Shown here piece after piece: positions 45,309 to 47,135 of a DNA stretch of 47,135 nt; positions within the stretch are counted from its first letter, which is position 1; each line of letters starts with the position of its first letter. A program made the translations under genes and the position numbers. Source of the DNA: Pseudomonadota bacterium. Its GTDB lineage: Bacteria > Pseudomonadota > Alphaproteobacteria > Rhodobacterales > Rhodobacteraceae. The notes under the pieces were generated by a model that was given only the letters and a program-made list of their open reading frames with translations, had not been told where the DNA came from and made no database searches. The stretch spans positions 1-47,135 of the forward strand of contig JBCCVT010000001.1 of the NCBI GenBank assembly GCA_039195015.1. The letters run 5' to 3'.

Positions 45309-46265
45309 ATGCATCCCATTCTGAAACTGGTTGCCCAACGCCTTGCGTTGGGCATCCTTCTGCTATTCGCGGCGTCCATCCTGATCTTCGCCGGCACCAT
45401 GATCCTGCCCGGAGACGTCGCGCAATCCATTCTGGGCCAATCTGCCACACCGGAAAATCTGGCAAATCTGCGTGAGGAACTGGGGCTGAACGAGCCCGCC
45501 GTCACACGGTACTTCAACTGGCTCTTTGCCGCGCTTCAGGGAGATCTGGGGACCGCGTTAACGAATGGCCGCGACATCGCGGAGTCCTTGGCGCAAAGGC
45601 TTTCAAACACATTGTTTCTGGCGTTCTGGGCCGCCGTGATCTCGGTGCCACTGGCAATCTTTCTCGGCCTGATCGCGGTGCGTTACAAGGATCGCTGGCC
45701 GGACAAACTGATCTCGGCCGTAACGCTGGCATCCATCTCGATCCCCGAGTTTCTGATTGGTTATGTGCTGGTCTACTTCATCGCCGTGCAATTGCAGTGG
45801 TTTCCGTCGGTCGCGATGATCAATGACGGCATGTCGGTGCTGGAAAAACTGCAATCCATCGCACTTCCGGTGATGGTTCTGACCCTTGTCGTGCTGGCGC
45901 ACATGATGCGGATGACCCGCGCGGCGATCCTGAACGTCATGCAATCGGCCTATATCGAAACCGCCGAATTAAAGGGCTTGTCAGGTTTTCAGGTGATCTA
46001 CCGCCACGCTTTCCCGAACGCCGTGGCACCGATTGTGAACGTCGTAATGCTCAACCTCGCCTATCTCGTGGTCGGTGTCGTCGTGGTTGAAGTGGTCTTT
46101 GTCTATCCCGGCATGGGGCAGTATCTGGTCGATCACGTTTCGAAACGCGACGTGCCGGTGGTGCAGGCCTGCGGATTGATCTTTGCCGCCGTCTATATTG
46201 GACTGAACATGATCGCCGATATCGTGTCGATCCTGGCCAATCCGCGCCTGAGACATCCGAAATGA
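45309..46265 (+). CDS. ABC transporter permease (DppB-like)
   Basis: The 318-aa product starts with N-terminal ILKLVAQRLALGILLLF, has six TM helices and shows an EAA-loop region ...YIETAELKGLSGFQVIYRHAFPNA. Confidence 0.9.
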   Translation: MHPILKLVAQRLALGILLLFAASILIFAGTMILPGDVAQSILGQSATPENLANLREELGLNEPAVTRYFNWLFAALQGDLGTALTNGRDIAESLAQRLSNTLFLAFWAAVISVPLAIFLGLIAVRYKDRWPDKLISAVTLASISIPEFLIGYVLVYFIAVQLQWFPSVAMINDGMSVLEKLQSIALPVMVLTLVVLAHMMRMTRAAILNVMQSAYIETAELKGLSGFQVIYRHAFPNAVAPIVNVVMLNLAYLVVGVVVVEVVFVYPGMGQYLVDHVSKRDVPVVQACGLIFAAVYIGLNMIADIVSILANPRLRHPK

Positions 46266-47077
46266 AGAATATCCCAATTTCCGCAGCCGTCGGACTGTGC
46301 TTCACCGCGCTTTATTTCCTTATGGCGATCTTTGCGCCGCTCATCGCGCCCTATGGCATGGCCGAAGTCGTGGGCGATGTTTGGGAGCCGTCGTCGTCGC
46401 AGTTCTTGCTCGGCACCGATAACATCGGCCGCGATCTGCTCAGCCGTATGATTTATGGCGGGCGGACCACGATCTGGATCGCAACCATGGCCACGGTGCT
46501 CAGCTTTGTGACCGGATCGGTTCTGGGCTTTCTGGCTGCCGTCCTTGGCGGCTGGGCGGACCAGATGATGTCACGTTTCGTCGACCTCATCATGTCAATC
46601 CCGTCGCTGATCTTTGCACTGGTTGTTCTGTCGGTCATGCCGGTCACCATCCCGGTGCTGATCGTGGTTATGGGCCTCTTGGACGCCACGCGGGTCTATC
46701 GACTGGCTCGCGCCGTCGCAGTCGACATCAACGTTATGGACTATGTCGAGGCGGCCAAACTACGCGGCGAAGGTCGTGGCTGGATCATCTTTCGCGAGAT
46801 CCTACCAAATGCGCTATCGCCCCTTATCGCCGAGATGGGACTGCGGTTCATCTTCATGGTGCTCTTCGTATCAACGCTGTCGTTCCTTGGCCTTGGCGTG
46901 CAACCGCCCGAGGCCGATTGGGGCGGCATCGTGAAAGAGAACAAGGAAGGCATCGTCTATGGCATCCCGGCCGCGCTGATCCCAGCCTTCGCCATCGCGA
47001 CCCTGGCGATTTCCGTCAATCTGGTGGCCGATTGGATCCTCAATCGCACCACCTCGCTGAAAGGGGGACGGGGCTAA
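46262..47077 (+). CDS. ABC transporter permease (DppC-like)
   Basis: The 271-aa product contains ...LGTDNIGRDLLSRMIYGGR... and ...YVEAAKLRGEGRGWIIFREILPNA... It has a 4-nt overlap with the preceding permease gene. Confidence 0.9.
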   Translation: MKNIPISAAVGLCFTALYFLMAIFAPLIAPYGMAEVVGDVWEPSSSQFLLGTDNIGRDLLSRMIYGGRTTIWIATMATVLSFVTGSVLGFLAAVLGGWADQMMSRFVDLIMSIPSLIFALVVLSVMPVTIPVLIVVMGLLDATRVYRLARAVAVDINVMDYVEAAKLRGEGRGWIIFREILPNALSPLIAEMGLRFIFMVLFVSTLSFLGLGVQPPEADWGGIVKENKEGIVYGIPAALIPAFAIATLAISVNLVADWILNRTTSLKGGRG

Positions 47078-47135
47078 TGGCTGACAACCTGGTCGAAATC
47101 CGCGATCTCAAGATCGGAGCCACTGTCTACCCGCC
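47077..47135 (+). CDS. ABC transporter ATP-binding protein (5' fragment, continues beyond the window)
   Basis: The ATG overlaps the permease stop (TAATG). The product begins MADNLVEIRDLKIGATVYP, which resembles DppD/OppD N-termini. Only 19 codons are visible. Confidence 0.55.
   Translation, partial: MADNLVEIRDLKIGATVYP

Noticed and set aside
1-47135. CRISPR arrays, tRNA/rRNA genes, IS elements, prophage or known defence-system genes
   Set aside because: I saw no regularly spaced direct repeats, T-loop-like GGTTCGAATCC contexts outside CDS, transposase/integrase-like ORFs other than xerC, or nuclease/NTPase defence signatures while reading the window. This was a scan by eye and is not exhaustive.

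Overview
High-GC (about 60-65% by eye) chromosomal segment whose protein set looks alphaproteobacterial, most like Rhodobacterales. It is densely packed with about 50 mostly housekeeping CDS plus one RNase P RNA gene. All calls come from reading the ORF translations and the raw sequence; no database search was possible, and start codons are often uncertain because the ORF track gives maximal ORFs. Left to right: priA (3' end outside the window), fsa/tal, DUF484-xerC, pcs, ogt, a long minus-strand run (mgtE, MTHFS, ymdB-like, EamA, SLC13/TrkA-C permease), guanine deaminase convergent with an 8-oxoguanine-deaminase-like gene, IMPase/hisN-like, an XRE regulator, qor, LysR divergent from a DUF1127 small protein, BI-1/YccA, GNAT, P-loop kinase-like, rpmG (55 aa, not in the track), a lower-GC LRR protein, rnpB, an AmpD-like amidase, an Excalibur-type lipoprotein, gatCA, VOC, a ceramidase-like membrane protein, an MBL hydrolase, tadA with two unknown genes, rluB, a five-ORF XpaC/TelA/lipoprotein/SPFH-GYF cluster, a stand-alone imuB with a GTTC-N7-GTTC SOS box, a class II cytochrome c, adhC, hsp20, nitroreductase, dtd, glycerate kinase, a CocE/NonD hydrolase and a Dpp-type ABC importer cut off at the right edge. 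I saw no CRISPR array, tRNA, rRNA, transposase or phage genes. The best candidates for something under-described are: (1) the tightly spaced small-TM-peptide/XpaC-like/TelA/lipoprotein/SPFH-GYF cluster at 30693-35037; (2) the signal-less, lower-GC LRR protein with an unassignable C-terminal domain that ends 1-2 nt from rnpB; (3) the SOS-boxed imuB without imuA or dnaE2; (4) the LysR/DUF1127 pair with a structured downstream spacer. Many long ORFs in the track are antisense shadows typical of high-GC DNA and were rejected.
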